Assembly (NCBI GenBank): GCA_965644295.1 | Contig: CBFFRP010000376.1 | Span: 182,285 to 246,284 of the forward strand | Direction: 5' to 3' | DNA: 64,000 nt | Source: Paraphysomonas bandaiensis | Taxonomy: Eukaryota; Protista; Chrysophyceae | Shown: in pieces, positions 14,116 through 26,960 of the stretch | Numbering within the stretch: position 1 is the first letter of the stretch | How the letters are laid out: each line of letters starts with the position of its first letter | Position numbers and translations under genes: made by a program | The notes under the pieces: model-generated | The model's database searches: none | What the model saw: the letters and a program-made list of their open reading frames with translations, nothing else | Told to the model about the DNA's origin: nothing

Positions 14116-15966
14116 GTCGCTTTAATAAAGATATATGCGCTATATCACCACAGATAAAAACTCACTGACACAGCGTGTGTGTCAAACAAATACAGCGACT
14201 AGGACGCACAAGATGTATTGTATAGGTCGCTTCGTGGTGTGTTTATCACCCGGCGCTCTTTAATACTCCAGAGCACCCTCCCAGACTACAACACTGCCGT
14301 GTACAGCGTATAGTGCTGTGTATGTATATAGAGTGGACTACGATGCACAACCACAACATTTTGATATATACGTACAGTACAGCAGTACATGTATTTGTAT
14401 TCCCTACAATATTGTATACTTACATATACAGTACGTATAGCGTACATAGGTATACGTGTGCGTATAAGAGTGTATACCTCTGGGTGACTTCGAAGTGAAT
14501 GTGATGTGGATATATGCATATATGAGTACATGATTCAGAGGCTCTGCTGCTGCCTCTACTCACAGACACGAGTGAGGACTATGAACAGTGTGTGGTCATA
14601 GTGGTGTATAGTGGTGTGTGCTCCTCATGAGGAGAGAGACTCGTATGATCATATGAATAATACCGCAGCAGATACACACACATACATACAGAACCCCCAC
14701 ACACATATGCATGCATAGACCGCATGGAGTATCTGACTGATGTTTACATATCCTTCTCAAGATGAAGGTGCTGCTGTGGATGAGATGAGGGATCACATAG
14801 TCTATAGCATATCCACGTATATTCAATTTACAGATTGCGCTGTATAAACAACCGTACGACACTGTATGCTTCTGAGTCACAGTTATATCACTAACTCATT
14901 GAGGGACATATTTGAGGTTGCAGCAACCATCCGGAGGTCATTATTATCCTCCCATGTCGATATATATCCCCTTCTTCTATCCCCTTTTTCATAGTTATTG
15001 AATTGCCTCTCGTTGATCTATAATGACTTTCTCTTCAGTAGCCAATCATATAATATATAGATATATAGTGACGCCCCAATTCAACCCTATTGACTACATT
15101 CAATAATATATATCTGAAGTGAAATATTTTTCTTAGTGTCCTGTTTCTGAGCATCATATTATCCATCCATTTCTCGTTATACTTCAGGCATATAACTGGA
15201 ATGGATTCTTCACACACGAGACATCCTAATATGACAATCGACAAACTGGTGGATATATAACTTGACATTTCAGTTAGCCTTACCACTTACCAAAGTCATT
15301 ACTCTTACGCTGCTCTACGTCGTTTCGACGAACTTCTAATAGCTTCCTTCGAACTTTTCCAACTTCCTCCGAGGTATCTCTTTCAATGCTTTTCATATAA
15401 GGCTTCACCCAGTGGTTCGCAGTCTGATTATCAGTTCTGGCATAATACAATGTTGCAGTATTTAATGCCGGACCATCCGGGTCTACGTGTTCTCTTGCCC
15501 AATAGTAGTTACGTAGTTACCCTCCACCCTCCATATGCTGAACGTTTATGATACTCAGAATTGAGAATTAAGAGCAAGCCCGTATTAAAAGAATTCGCAC
15601 AACTTCCACTGTTATGCTTGAACTGGGGTATACGACATCACTAGGGTTCTGTAGTATGATATGCACATGATTAATGATTATGTGTTATATATTAGTATAA
15701 CAACTGGCCCTGTGGTTGCACATAGTAATATTAGCGCAGTTCGTGTGAGTATCACTAGACACTAGATCACATATACTGGGAGCATCGATCATTTATTACT
15801 TTAACGGAATGCTGTTCCGTCGAAAATATTGGCAGTTTATAGTATATGGCAAGCAGTCAATGTGTGAGCCGATACAACGTACAACGTAGCACAATTATTA
15901 CTAGCTTGCGTCATTACTTAGCAACCAAGCACAACTATACACCATGCAACAATGCATTGTAAAACA

Positions 15967-17757
15967 CTAGAGGCCGATAGCAGCAGCAAATTCAGGAGTG
16001 CATGCCGCAGGCGATTCAAACTTAAATGAATAGAAACATGTGGACGGTTCAGACGCCTCCAGCACTTTGTTTTCTGGTCCACACGATACCATCACCTCTG
16101 CAGATCGCGCTCCAAATGCATGGCAGTGAGTTCCCTTTTCAAACAGAAGTCGTGTGACGGGTACAACCTTTCCACTGCTATCTGGATGATCCAATGATTT
16201 AATCCCATTAGCGGGGTCGCTGAAGGTTCCTAGCATCACAGAATTACTCTTGCCCACCTCCTTTTGGTGAATCTTTCCCAGCATACACACCGTGTACACA
16301 AACGCCGCATCCGTGACGTCAAAACATTGTCCCTTGAGTGCCAAATAGGCCAAGTGTCCAGCGTATGTTCTACCATCTTCAACGTCCCGCTCAAACTCCC
16401 TACGGTTCTTTTTCAACTCTCTTTCTTGGTCCGAAGCCAGAGATAGAGCTTCCCGTGCTTCTACTGCTTCGGGGCGGGTATGCCCACGGAAATCTTTCTC
16501 CCTTAGTAAGTCGTCAATTGATTGGCCCACAGCACATATGTGAGGGAAAGGTTCAAAATCTGCAGGGCAGGTCTGAAGGTCAGGGGACGCTGCCCATTGC
16601 TGGTAGTACTCCTTGGCACCGGAGAGGGTACCAAACACTTCCTGGTGACCAAGCAACATCTGAATTTCCTGAGCGGCCCGACGGGAAAGTACAAGCTGCG
16701 TAAGAAACCTACGGACGGCATCCACTCCTCGACCAAGTGTGTTCGGAGCATCAGCATCGTACACAACACAAAGTGGGTGTATCCTCTCGTCAGTTGAGTG
16801 CTTAAGTAGTGGGCAGTTGATGGGGGTATACTGAGGCGATTGAAGTACCTTGTCATCCCCGTCCTCGGCTTCAACTGAATCAATAGGAGGGGTATCATAA
16901 TCATCTTCGTACGCATATACGTCGTCATCTATGTGGCTTCCATAGTCGACGGCATCGTGTGCGTCGTTGTGCTCAGTTGCAAATACTATGTCGTCTGCGT
17001 GCTTCACCATGTCACTGACATCCTCCTCGAGCATATCGAACAACGAAAAAAGAGTGGAAAGCATTGGCGCCAGAATATCTTCTCTCATTTTTGCTACTCC
17101 TATGATTTCACTTAAGCGTTGTAGTGCCTCACTTTTCATTTTTGAAACTTCCTCTTTCTCAATCGCCTCTTCACGTTCCACTGCCTCCCGAGCCAGCTGA
17201 ATTCCTTCAGAAATACGTTTAAGATCCGGATCCATTGTTTCCAAGGACTTTTTGCTTTTGTTAATTTTCTCCTCCATAGTTTTGATTAATTCTGAACGTA
17301 TCTTGGAACCAGCTGTGAAGGCAGCGCGTTGGCTTTCCAATGCCTTTCTCTCAGCAGCAGCTACAGCATCACAGTCGTTGGAACAACGTCCAACTGGTTC
17401 ATCTGACCCATCACAGCAATCACAAATGCCATCCTCAACGCGAGATGATGGAAGCTGAACAAGTTTGAAGCCTTTGTTTGCACATATGAAGGCCCCATGA
17501 GAGCACGCAGATGTTCCCGGCTCATCGGACCCATCCGCACAATCGCAGTAATCGTCATTCACCTTCTCAATCGGAAACACTTCATTGCCACATATGAATG
17601 AATTCCCTGTGTATTTGTCTTCATTATTCGGATTGGCTCCACGAACTCTGTCGTCTGACTGCACTGCAGCGGCTCCTCTCTTAGACAGCAGACTATTGAA
17701 CAGACCAGCCTCAGAGAGGCCGCAGAGGCTCAGGAGAGCAAAGTGAAATAACTTCAT
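15967..17757 (-). CDS. PRKCSH: Glucosidase II beta subunit (PRKCSH-like)
   Basis: Intronless 596-aa ORF with a signal peptide, the VNDDYCDCADGSDEPGTSAC and SSRVEDGICDCCDGSDE motifs, a coiled coil and a C-terminal MRH domain (CF..YTVC..GTHC..RSAEVMVSCG..EPSTCFY.FKFESPAAC). Confidence 0.93.
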   Translation of the reverse strand: MKLFHFALLSLCGLSEAGLFNSLLSKRGAAAVQSDDRVRGANPNNEDKYTGNSFICGNEVFPIEKVNDDYCDCADGSDEPGTSACSHGAFICANKGFKLVQLPSSRVEDGICDCCDGSDEPVGRCSNDCDAVAAAERKALESQRAAFTAGSKIRSELIKTMEEKINKSKKSLETMDPDLKRISEGIQLAREAVEREEAIEKEEVSKMKSEALQRLSEIIGVAKMREDILAPMLSTLFSLFDMLEEDVSDMVKHADDIVFATEHNDAHDAVDYGSHIDDDVYAYEDDYDTPPIDSVEAEDGDDKVLQSPQYTPINCPLLKHSTDERIHPLCVVYDADAPNTLGRGVDAVRRFLTQLVLSRRAAQEIQMLLGHQEVFGTLSGAKEYYQQWAASPDLQTCPADFEPFPHICAVGQSIDDLLREKDFRGHTRPEAVEAREALSLASDQERELKKNRREFERDVEDGRTYAGHLAYLALKGQCFDVTDAAFVYTVCMLGKIHQKEVGKSNSVMLGTFSDPANGIKSLDHPDSSGKVVPVTRLLFEKGTHCHAFGARSAEVMVSCGPENKVLEASEPSTCFYSFKFESPAACTPEFAAAIGL

Positions 17758-19657
17758 AGATATGGTGAGCTATAATATTAAGACAGTTGGTGTGTGTGTA
17801 GTGGATCCACTGTGCACAGGCATGACTATGACTACACTATAGGGCGACAGGACCGCCTATACATACACCCCCCTACAGACAGCAGCAGTGTGTTGGCAGT
17901 AGTATACATACCTATACTGCTACGAGTACAGTACGTATATATATTGCAGTGAAAGATGACTACAGTGTAGACCATGGAATACACTATTGTTCCATTGGCT
18001 TCGGTAGTGCATACTGGCAGTATACGACGGTATACGGTATACGTATGTCTGGCTATGTCCTGATGGATGCATTCTCGGATTCTCAGTATGACTCCGTAGA
18101 TCATTACAACAAAGATACACTCTTGCAGTCAGAATACTTTGATTCTAACTCGTTTACTTTGATTAGCTACGCATATAGATGATTGTTTCTCCTTTCCAAC
18201 AGCGTGCCCTTGTAAAGTGCGCGTTGATCAAACTAAGCATTGATAAATTGCTTTTTACTAAAAAAACCCGGTGTATTCTTTGTGTGTGTGGTGACAAGCG
18301 AGCTCCACTTAGATCTACACTATATTCGCATAGTCATTACATGATGACGAAAAAACTCTCCCATTCAAGGGGAGGAGGGATCTCAGCCAATGCGACGTGA
18401 GGCCTATACTGAGTAATGCATGGTCGCGAGAAGCTCCACGTAATCTTTGATAGGGGATGGTGCTCCATACTGACGGCGTAACTAATCACTGCGTGCGGCT
18501 CTCTAATAGGTGCTGCTGAGTGCTGCGACTGCGCACCTCTACTTATGTACACATTTCTTAGTTCAGCGCTTTCTCACCCGGGTTCTCACTGCATATTCCG
18601 CACTAAATACCATGTGATAATGATGTAGCTAGTTGGGTTCAGTAGGTAGCTAGCAAATAACGTATGGGACTTAATCAAGTATTTATTAGGTACCCACCCA
18701 GCCCCCACCCGGATCTACCCAAGTACGCGTCCAGAATGGGGCAGATGGGAAGGTGAACATGGCCTTGCTAGTGTTACACAGCATTAAGAAATCCCACTTA
18801 TTATTTGTGAAGGCAAACACGAATGAGGCAGTAGGGTGGCTCTCACAGAATCTGCGCACGATCTATATGGTCAGCTACGATGGTGAACGGGTGGGCGGAT
18901 ATGTGACTACTAGAATCACTACAAAATTTTCGTGTTGGTGTTACGCGTGATGTATCAGCAAGCCTACACTATGACCACACTGTCGGTATTTAATAAAAAA
19001 TAAAAAGTACGATTTTTTATCTACTATGACATGAATGTTATTAATTAGTTGAATAATCAACAATCGTAATGTATGTCAAGATGGACCTTATCACTTTAGC
19101 AGTATTGTAAGAAAGTTTCTAAGGAATGTGTGGCACTGGTGCAATACGCTGCTGCCTCTACTATTACTGACAGATGTGGTAGCAGTTTTGTGGATTACCG
19201 TGATTATTATTGTTTAACTTTAAGTAAGAATATTAGGTATAATATATATAAAATATGGCTCCTGATATGAACTTACAGTGGCTGGGAGGAATCTGTATGG
19301 CGAAACATGATTCACACCTTGTGGGTGGCAACCTTGGGTCGAAGTATATAACATAGCACCTTATTTACTGTATAAATATGTGAAATAACCTTACTTCCAT
19401 AGTAGGCGTATCAAAATTAATTGTACTATGGTGATGATAGTCCTAATTCCTATGTACATAACTTCATGGAGTGCACTTCGAAAGACAGCGCAGCCATCGT
19501 TTCAATAGCTGCATCACTCCTGTAATCATACTCAAAAATACCATAGTGTTTCCCACTAAGTCCAGACACATAAAAACAACCCTAATCTACAAAATTCAAA
19601 AACAGTCCGTTGATGGCCACCGATTCTGTGGCGATTGTGTATAGATCGCACTCACTT

Positions 19658-20611
19658 CTAAACAGACATCATTGAAACGGAGTCCTTAATTCTACTATAA
19701 AAGGACGAAAAGTTGTTAACACACATATATAGACAAGTAAAAGTCCACATTCCACGGGCACAGCGTGGAACTGCACCATTCCAGAAGAATGACAGACCTT
19801 CTTTTCTCACAATGTCACGAAGAGATGCTACAAAACCCGTTTTCTTGTTCTCCTGCCAAGTCTTAATGGTATCGAAGGGGTGGGTTGCAAGTTGAGTGGC
19901 CAGACCTGTTGCACAGCCTGCAACAACTACTGAATCAAAATTGCGCTCTTTTAAAAATGAATGAAGTGTTGGTGTTAGAAAGCAGATTCCACAAGCGAAC
20001 ACTGATTCACGTGCGAAGGTGGACAACAAGGACGGAAATACACCAAAGAAACCATGGGTCACAAAGAGAGAGCGACATATCGTAGACATTGGGACACTAC
20101 GATTGCGGAGAAGCTGCTGTTCAGTTTTAAGATTTTCGAAACATGAGACGCCAGGAGTAACGACTGCGGACGCAAAACAGCTAGCCATAATTCCATTCCA
20201 AGTGTCATCTTCCAATTTGAAGTTGCGGTCCCATACGTCGTAACCAAGATAAAGGGCAGGAATGTAGAAAAAACACCGTTGTATAATAGATGTTGTCGAT
20301 GCAGTATAGAACTCGCCAATTCCACGAGTAAGAAGATCTCTGAGAGGAACTCTCTCGCTCCGGGGCAGCTGCATGTTAATCTTAAGGCGATCCAGTGGCT
20401 GTCCTCCAGCGATCTCAACCAGAGCAGATAGGCTCCTTATGCCGATCATCTCCATATCGTTTAAACGTGTACCTGTCACTGTGTCTGTTTGAACGGGAGG
20501 GTCAAGTGTACCTGCGGACGGATCGATTATGAGGTGACCTCTCACATCTTCTGAGGTGGGAATATAAGCCGCCTCACACTCTACTACTGCTGCTTCACCC
20601 TTCATGTTCAT
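19658..20611 (-). CDS. Mitochondrial carrier family (SLC25-like) protein
   Basis: Three PX[DE]XX[KR]-type signatures: QPLDRLK, SCFENLK (degenerate) and HPFDTIK. Also IVRKEGLSFFWNGAVPRCAR. First ATG taken at 20611. Confidence 0.88.
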   Translation of the reverse strand: MNMKGEAAVVECEAAYIPTSEDVRGHLIIDPSAGTLDPPVQTDTVTGTRLNDMEMIGIRSLSALVEIAGGQPLDRLKINMQLPRSERVPLRDLLTRGIGEFYTASTTSIIQRCFFYIPALYLGYDVWDRNFKLEDDTWNGIMASCFASAVVTPGVSCFENLKTEQQLLRNRSVPMSTICRSLFVTHGFFGVFPSLLSTFARESVFACGICFLTPTLHSFLKERNFDSVVVAGCATGLATQLATHPFDTIKTWQENKKTGFVASLRDIVRKEGLSFFWNGAVPRCARGMWTFTCLYMCVNNFSSFYSRIKDSVSMMSV

Positions 20612-21108
20612 GTTAACAGCTTTACTGTTCACCTCTGTGGACACTTGCTTCTAGAAGTACAAACTGTGTCGGACCTGACAGAACTCTGCTCTGTACTCTG
20701 CTGTGAAGGAGCGTATACTGTGGTGCGTACATGACCCCTGTGCATATATATATCAGAGGGGATGGTGTACTCCAGTAATACACACAGCAGTACAGTACAA
20801 GGGTGAGGTTACAGCGCTGAGTGTTCTGTTCCGATTGGCCATCAGAAATGAAGAGAATGACGATCATGTATCTGCTGATGATGAGTAATACTCTGACCCT
20901 CCCAACACTCGAAATATAACTGAAAAAACCGCTTAAGATTTCTTACAAACTACACTGTATTCTTTTGCCGTTACACTCAGCATGTGATGGTGTATACATA
21001 CACAGCAATTAACGATCGCATAGTTTAATAGGGCTCAATATAAGCACGAGTAAGCCGTCATTATACATGACAGCAGTGTATTAGGGTTCGCTGTAGTCAT
21101 AGATTGAA

Positions 21109-24100
21109 ATGCCAGGCCCAGAATCAGAAGCTGTGGAATCTTTCGACGATGAGCACGAAGCCTTCGCAGCGAGGTAAATATATATATATGCAATCAGATT
21201 TGCATGACTTCAGTGTTCTTCTAGTCGGAGTTCTCAATTTGTATACACCCCAACTAGAGATTATTATTTTTCTACTCTAGATCAACATGCTGATACACTT
21301 GAAGGCGATGTTAAGCCCCCCCTCGTTGTTTTGGGCGGAGAAGGTATAATAGTTCGCTATCATAAATAACTGTACTAAATGGAGTGCAGGTAGCGGTAAA
21401 AGTGCATTTCTTGCTAATTGGGTTGCGAAGCGGAGAATTATCAAGCATCGTGATGAGTTCCTGTTCCAGCATTTCGTTGGATGCTCTGCAAACAACTGCC
21501 AGCTGGCACATACACTGTTTCGCCTAGAGACTGCACTAAAAGACTTCTTTCAGCTGCGGGAAATGGATGTCCCAGATTCTGAAGAGCGCCTTCGGTGGAG
21601 TTTGAACCGTTTTTTAGGCGCTGCAGCTAAAAAGCATTCACCTGCTAGAATTGTTATTGTAATTGATGGTGTTAATAATCTCAAAGGCGAAGGTGGTCGT
21701 GACGGAGAACTCTATTGGCTTCCCACTGAGCTGCCTCCGTGTGTTCGGTTTATTGTGTCTTCAGTCGAAGTCGAGCGTGAACAGAAAGGTAACGAGGAAG
21801 TTGCACATCATCGAACTTACATCGAACTTGCCCGACGGCAGTGTCCAATGCTGCGGATGGAGCCATTGAGTGTTAGCATTCGCCAGACAATTGTCAGCAC
21901 GTATTGCTCCCTCCATCGGAGTGAAAATTTTGCTGTTCATGAGCAACAGGAGTTTAAAATAGTCACGGGAAATGCCGCAGCGCAACCACTGTATCTTAGG
22001 TCTCTACTGCAAGCACTCCGGTTGGGTGTGCAAATGACCAATCTAACAATTGATGACTTGTTAGATGACTACATGAAATGTACGACAGCTTTTGAACTTA
22101 TAGAACACTGTCTGAATATATGCTCAAGGCCGTTTTTTAACGATGAACTTGATAATATATTTTCCGATTTGGTAGGCAAAATGATGGCAGTGCTTTATGT
22201 TTCCAGAAATGGATTAAGCTTGGATGAGTTATGGGGGGTTATCAAAATGGTATCTCCAAAGCAGAATGAGCTACAGCACGTTGACAAACTATATATCATC
22301 CTAAAGGACTTTACCATGGTTGTTAGTGGTCTACATTCGTTCTCTCACGCGATTTATCATGAGGTCGTGTATGAAAAGTATATCAATTCGTCAGATTCAC
22401 TTGTCCGCTGGCATGTACTAATGGCACGCTTTTTCAATCAGTTGCCACCATGCGACCGTAAGCTCGAATGCCTACCATATCACCTTGAAGTTGCGGGGTC
22501 GTGGAATAAAGTCAAGAATTGTCTAACTGAAATTGATATGTTTGAGTTATGGTGGACACCAAAATTTAAAGTGGACTTCATCAAACTCTGGGCGTCATTA
22601 ACAACTCGAAAGCCGAATCCCGACAACTTATTAGGAGTTGGATGCGGATCAGCGGTGGCATCTTCTAAGCATCGCCCAACATATGATATAGTGGAAGAGT
22701 ATGTCAAAAGTTTGGACGAATATATTGCAGCGAAAAAACCCACTGACGAAAAAGTAGCAGAGACTATACTACAGATTGCAGACTTCTTAATTGAGTTTGC
22801 GACGAATGGCAATGAGCTCAATGCCGATGTTCCTGCATTAATCCACCCTCCAATACCGTCTGAGGACTTGTGCTCCTTGGGCGTGCCGCATATTGTAAAA
22901 GACGACGAGGCAGGACGTAGTACACTGCTGGTTCCAGTAATGGGTGGCAAGCAGGAAGATGGCCTCAAAGCCCTTAGTGACGCTCCACTAAAACAACCCA
23001 ATGAGGATTTTCCTGAGTGTACAACATACTACTTTCACCGGTGGATGTGGATCCAGTTCCCCTTGATTGCGTTAGGTAATTGTGGTAAACGCTATCAAAC
23101 TGGAATCAAAGTTAAGCAAAAAAAAGATTATGAGGGTACCAATTCCACCACAAATGGAAAGAAGCATTCGTTTGATGAAACAGCAGCGGTGAATGCGATA
23201 ATGCGTAGATTACCTTCACGATCCATGCCGTCGCGAACATTCAGTTCAGCGTCTTATAAGCTACCTGAGTTGAAATTCATTCGGAAAGCTGCGAAGACCA
23301 CACGGCGCGTCGCTAACCCAGACGATGAACTGGAGAAAAATACTGCAGCTGCAGGAGACGCTGTATCAAAGCGTATTGACGTAATGAATGAAGAGATTCA
23401 CACTCTTCGAGAGGAGTACGATTTCTTTAAGCAGCAACGACGTGTGAAAGCTAAAAAGGTGATCGAACTAAAAGCAATGCTCAAAGATCTTAAGTTGTCT
23501 GAGTCATCAACTGAGATATATGAACAAAAGCTTCAAGTGGCAGTCAAAAACGAAAAGAAAGGTGCGCGAAAACTTGAGAATTCACTTACTTTTCATGAGA
23601 ACATGAAAAAGCTCTTAGTCATGTGTGAACGTCACCCAGCTCATTGCCCTGCTCTAATAACGGAAATAGAGAACAAACTGCAGCAAGATAAGTACCTTTT
23701 GGAAGAAATTAGATCTCGATTATGGGAACAGAAGTTTGAAAGACAGAGCCACAACTCTGCATTCCGACGTATGAAAAGTCTTGTTCAAGAAGGTGTTGAT
23801 ATGCATACTAAACTTTTGGAGTATCGATATGGAATGAAGCGACATATGCAGATGCAAACATCAGAAGACGCCAAGACACTTCATGCGCGTTCAAATAAAC
23901 AGCATCTTCAGCGTGGAAATTCGACGAAAACTAATAATGGCAGCAAAGTCAGCTCCAACTCAGTAATACAAATGGAAACGGACACCACATCTAATGGGTG
24001 GGACCACATGTGGCAAGTAATTAGCTCAAGAACAGGCATTACTGACCCGGATATATTTTTCCAGCGACTTCACAACGGGTAAGTGTTTAGCGTGACGTAA

Positions 24101-24909
24101 AATTACACCATATTTCATGTGATACTTCATGTGTACGTTAGTGGCGCACTCGAGGAGCAAATAAAGTCTTTGAAAAAGCAAAGCGAAACTAAACTCGGGG
24201 CTTTGAAAAATGAGGTGCTTATTGTTGAAGCTGAGTTAGAAGAAGTGCGTTATGAAGCCTCTTTTGTTGGAGGTCAATCGCGAGACACTTACCAGAAGCA
24301 CAAAGAATTAGCCACAGTTCAACAAAAGATGCGACGTGTGAAGGAGCGAACGGAAACTACAGAGCAGCTGCAACAACAAGTTGTCGCGGGGTTAAATCAT
24401 ATCAGTGATATGCTAGGAGTCCCTGAGCGTGATGACAAGGCAGCTATACACGATATTATCAAGGATATTGAAACTGTCCTCGAAACTCTTGTTGAGGAGC
24501 GTGAGAAGCAACAACAAGGTCAACAAACGGCCAGTGCATCTGTGCATTCAGATTCGACCGGGCACCGCGGTATGATCGCACGTGATGGAGTGGCGGTGAG
24601 CGTAATGGTATATATATCGTTTTGTATTATTTAATACCTTCACAGAGTCCTGAGACGCACACGCGCCCCCCAGAGTTAGAAGCCGTGCTTTCTAAGTACG
24701 AACTACCGAAGGCACGCCTGGCTGGTACTCTCCCATCGCGGCCTGTGGACGAAGGATTCCCGACGGAGAGGGACGCTGAAGATGATGAAGATGATGACGG
24801 TGTACTGGATAGACGCTGTGCCAAGCTACAGAGCAGTAATAAACTCCGGTCGCAGCAGAAAAAAGCAGCAAGGCAAAATAAGATAGATGCCCTTGGCTCT
24901 ACTGTGTAA
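21109..24909 (+). CDS. NACHT/NPHP3-like P-loop NTPase fused to a long C-terminal coiled coil resembling outer-dynein-arm docking subunits; multi-exon
   Basis: Spliced N-terminus gives PLVVLGGE|GSGKSAFLANW (Walker A), FQHFVG, IVIVIDGVNNL (Walker B), WLPTELPPCVRFIVS, PLYLR and SRNGLSLDEL. C-terminal heptad region includes WQVISSRTGITDPDIFFQR. Stop at 24909. Confidence 0.75.
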
Positions 24910-25499
24910 TTTCAGCTAAGATAGTTTTCTTATTGCGTTTTAGTGGTTCTCCGTTTCTAGTCATAAATTTTTCACGAGACTATTGAATATATTGTTTTTG
25001 TGCCGTTGTTTGTGTAAATGTATAACAGTCGTTCATTAAATTATGTGTATAACAGTCAGCAAGACCTTTTCTGTATTATGTCAATATTTGCTGGTCATAA
25101 AACTAGCATTTTATAGCCGTAGTCTACCACTTGGTATGCACCCGACACTACTCTGTACCCGCAAGTTTTATAGCAACTGGGACAATCTCCACTGTAATGC
25201 TGGTGTATAGTTTCCAATTGTGTTGCTTGATAACTGCACAACTTAGTAACACTTACTTCTATTCACACTTAGTAACAACTTTGTTGACAATTAAGCATTT
25301 CGAATTTTAAAAAACTTACCATTACTATTTACAATATATTGAGAAGTAATTTCAAATTAAGGAATTATCAATAATTAAATTAGGCTACAATATCACCGAA
25401 AACGAGGAAAGAAGAAGGCAAGTTTTTCTACTATAGCAACCATCTAGCTGGCTGGTACTTGCTATAGTGATTATGTCTTGTATGTTTTGTATATAGTCA

Positions 25500-25858
25500 C
25501 CCTCAACGAAGTCGGACTCTCACCTTTTCGTGGTTGTCTGGGGGATAAGTACCGGAGATATTTCTCCGGAAAACTAACGTGAGTCGCATATATAGTTCGC
25601 AAATATTGTTCTGCCTACTCATATATAGCTAACCCATAGCCAAATGCTTATGCGTGGTACAAGGTACAAGGGACACTAATTAGTATCACTTATATTAACG
25701 TCTTTGGAATCCAGGAAGGGTAACCGGGGTACTGAGCTGTCTACCGAAGTCAAGCATCCAGGTTGTCCACACAAAAGACCCAAGACTTCTGAAGTCAGCA
25801 GATGCCAGGTTTATCAGCATTCTTCTTGCTCACTGCGTTTGATTTGAGTGATTGAGCA
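25500..25858 (-). mobile_element. Partial copy of dispersed repeat family A (~360 bp, retains the conserved terminus)
   Basis: Reverse complement aligns to 41815-42209 and ends at the same gttgaggg terminus. Confidence 0.8.
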
Positions 25859-26129
25859 TAGGTGCTTGCGGTGATGCGCAAGTAGCTTTAGTAGCGTTAA
25901 ACAGTAGGATATCAGAGTTAAGCACTCGTTTTATAGTTAAACTGCAATGCTAAGGTAGGTCTGACACTTAAGCGCCTATTGCTAGGAATAAGACATTCAT
26001 TGCTGTGAAAGAGAGAAGTAGTCATTGGGGCTCCCGATATATAGTCAATCAATACATTCGCGTACTAATGTCTGTGCTGGTAATAGTAATCTTGAGAAAG
26101 AACTGTAATCCAGTAATATACTTTCGAGA

Positions 26130-26370
26130 AGACCGTGTTGAGTTTTGCTGTTTGAGAGCTATTAAAAGCTGTAGTTCAGAGATATCGAAGAAAACAGAAG
26201 TGGTTAACTGTATTATGAGAATTAATGTCATAATAGCAACCGCATAGTAGTGAAACTGAATTATATTGACCATATAAGATCGTGATATCTAAGATTGTAT
26301 GGAAATGACTGGTAGTTGAGAAAACATGAATTTGGCGATTGACAAGTGATATTGATCATAACTTCATTAT
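26130..26370. repeat. Old dispersed repeat family B, copy 2
   Basis: Similarity to 10840-11060. Confidence 0.6.
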
Positions 26371-26960
26371 ATATATATATTACTATATGTTTATATCTTA
26401 TAATCTAAGCATAATAGAGTGAAACTATTGTTCAGTTGTGCCATTTTCTAACAAATCGCTCTCGAAACAAGTAGGGATATGGAGCATCGTCGTGCCTAAA
26501 TAAGAATTTAAAAAGCAGGTTTTGATTATATACGCCTTATAGTATCAATTTATAAACGTTTTCTATAAACCAATGAGTTGAGTTTCAATATTTGACAATC
26601 AACAATCATATTGGTTAGCATTTTGCTAAAACCATGTAAGACAGCGCAGTGCCGTAGTACTTAGCTTCCATATTTCACAACTAACAGTATACAGCAGAAA
26701 TTCAAATATCGCAGCAATTCATGGCCCAACCAGTGAAACACAATTATCATGATTACAGGACGATAAAACTGCTCTATCTCCTTCTAGAAACTTATATCGT
26801 AAGCTACTTGTCTACATTAAATATCCTACTACAGATTACTACTACAAACATCTACATTTTCTGAAATCAAGCTTCGCAGCACCAATAAATATTTTAGATG
26901 CTATGATGTAGTCATGTAACGATACGGCACAACGCACAATAAAAAATATCAATCTATGAG

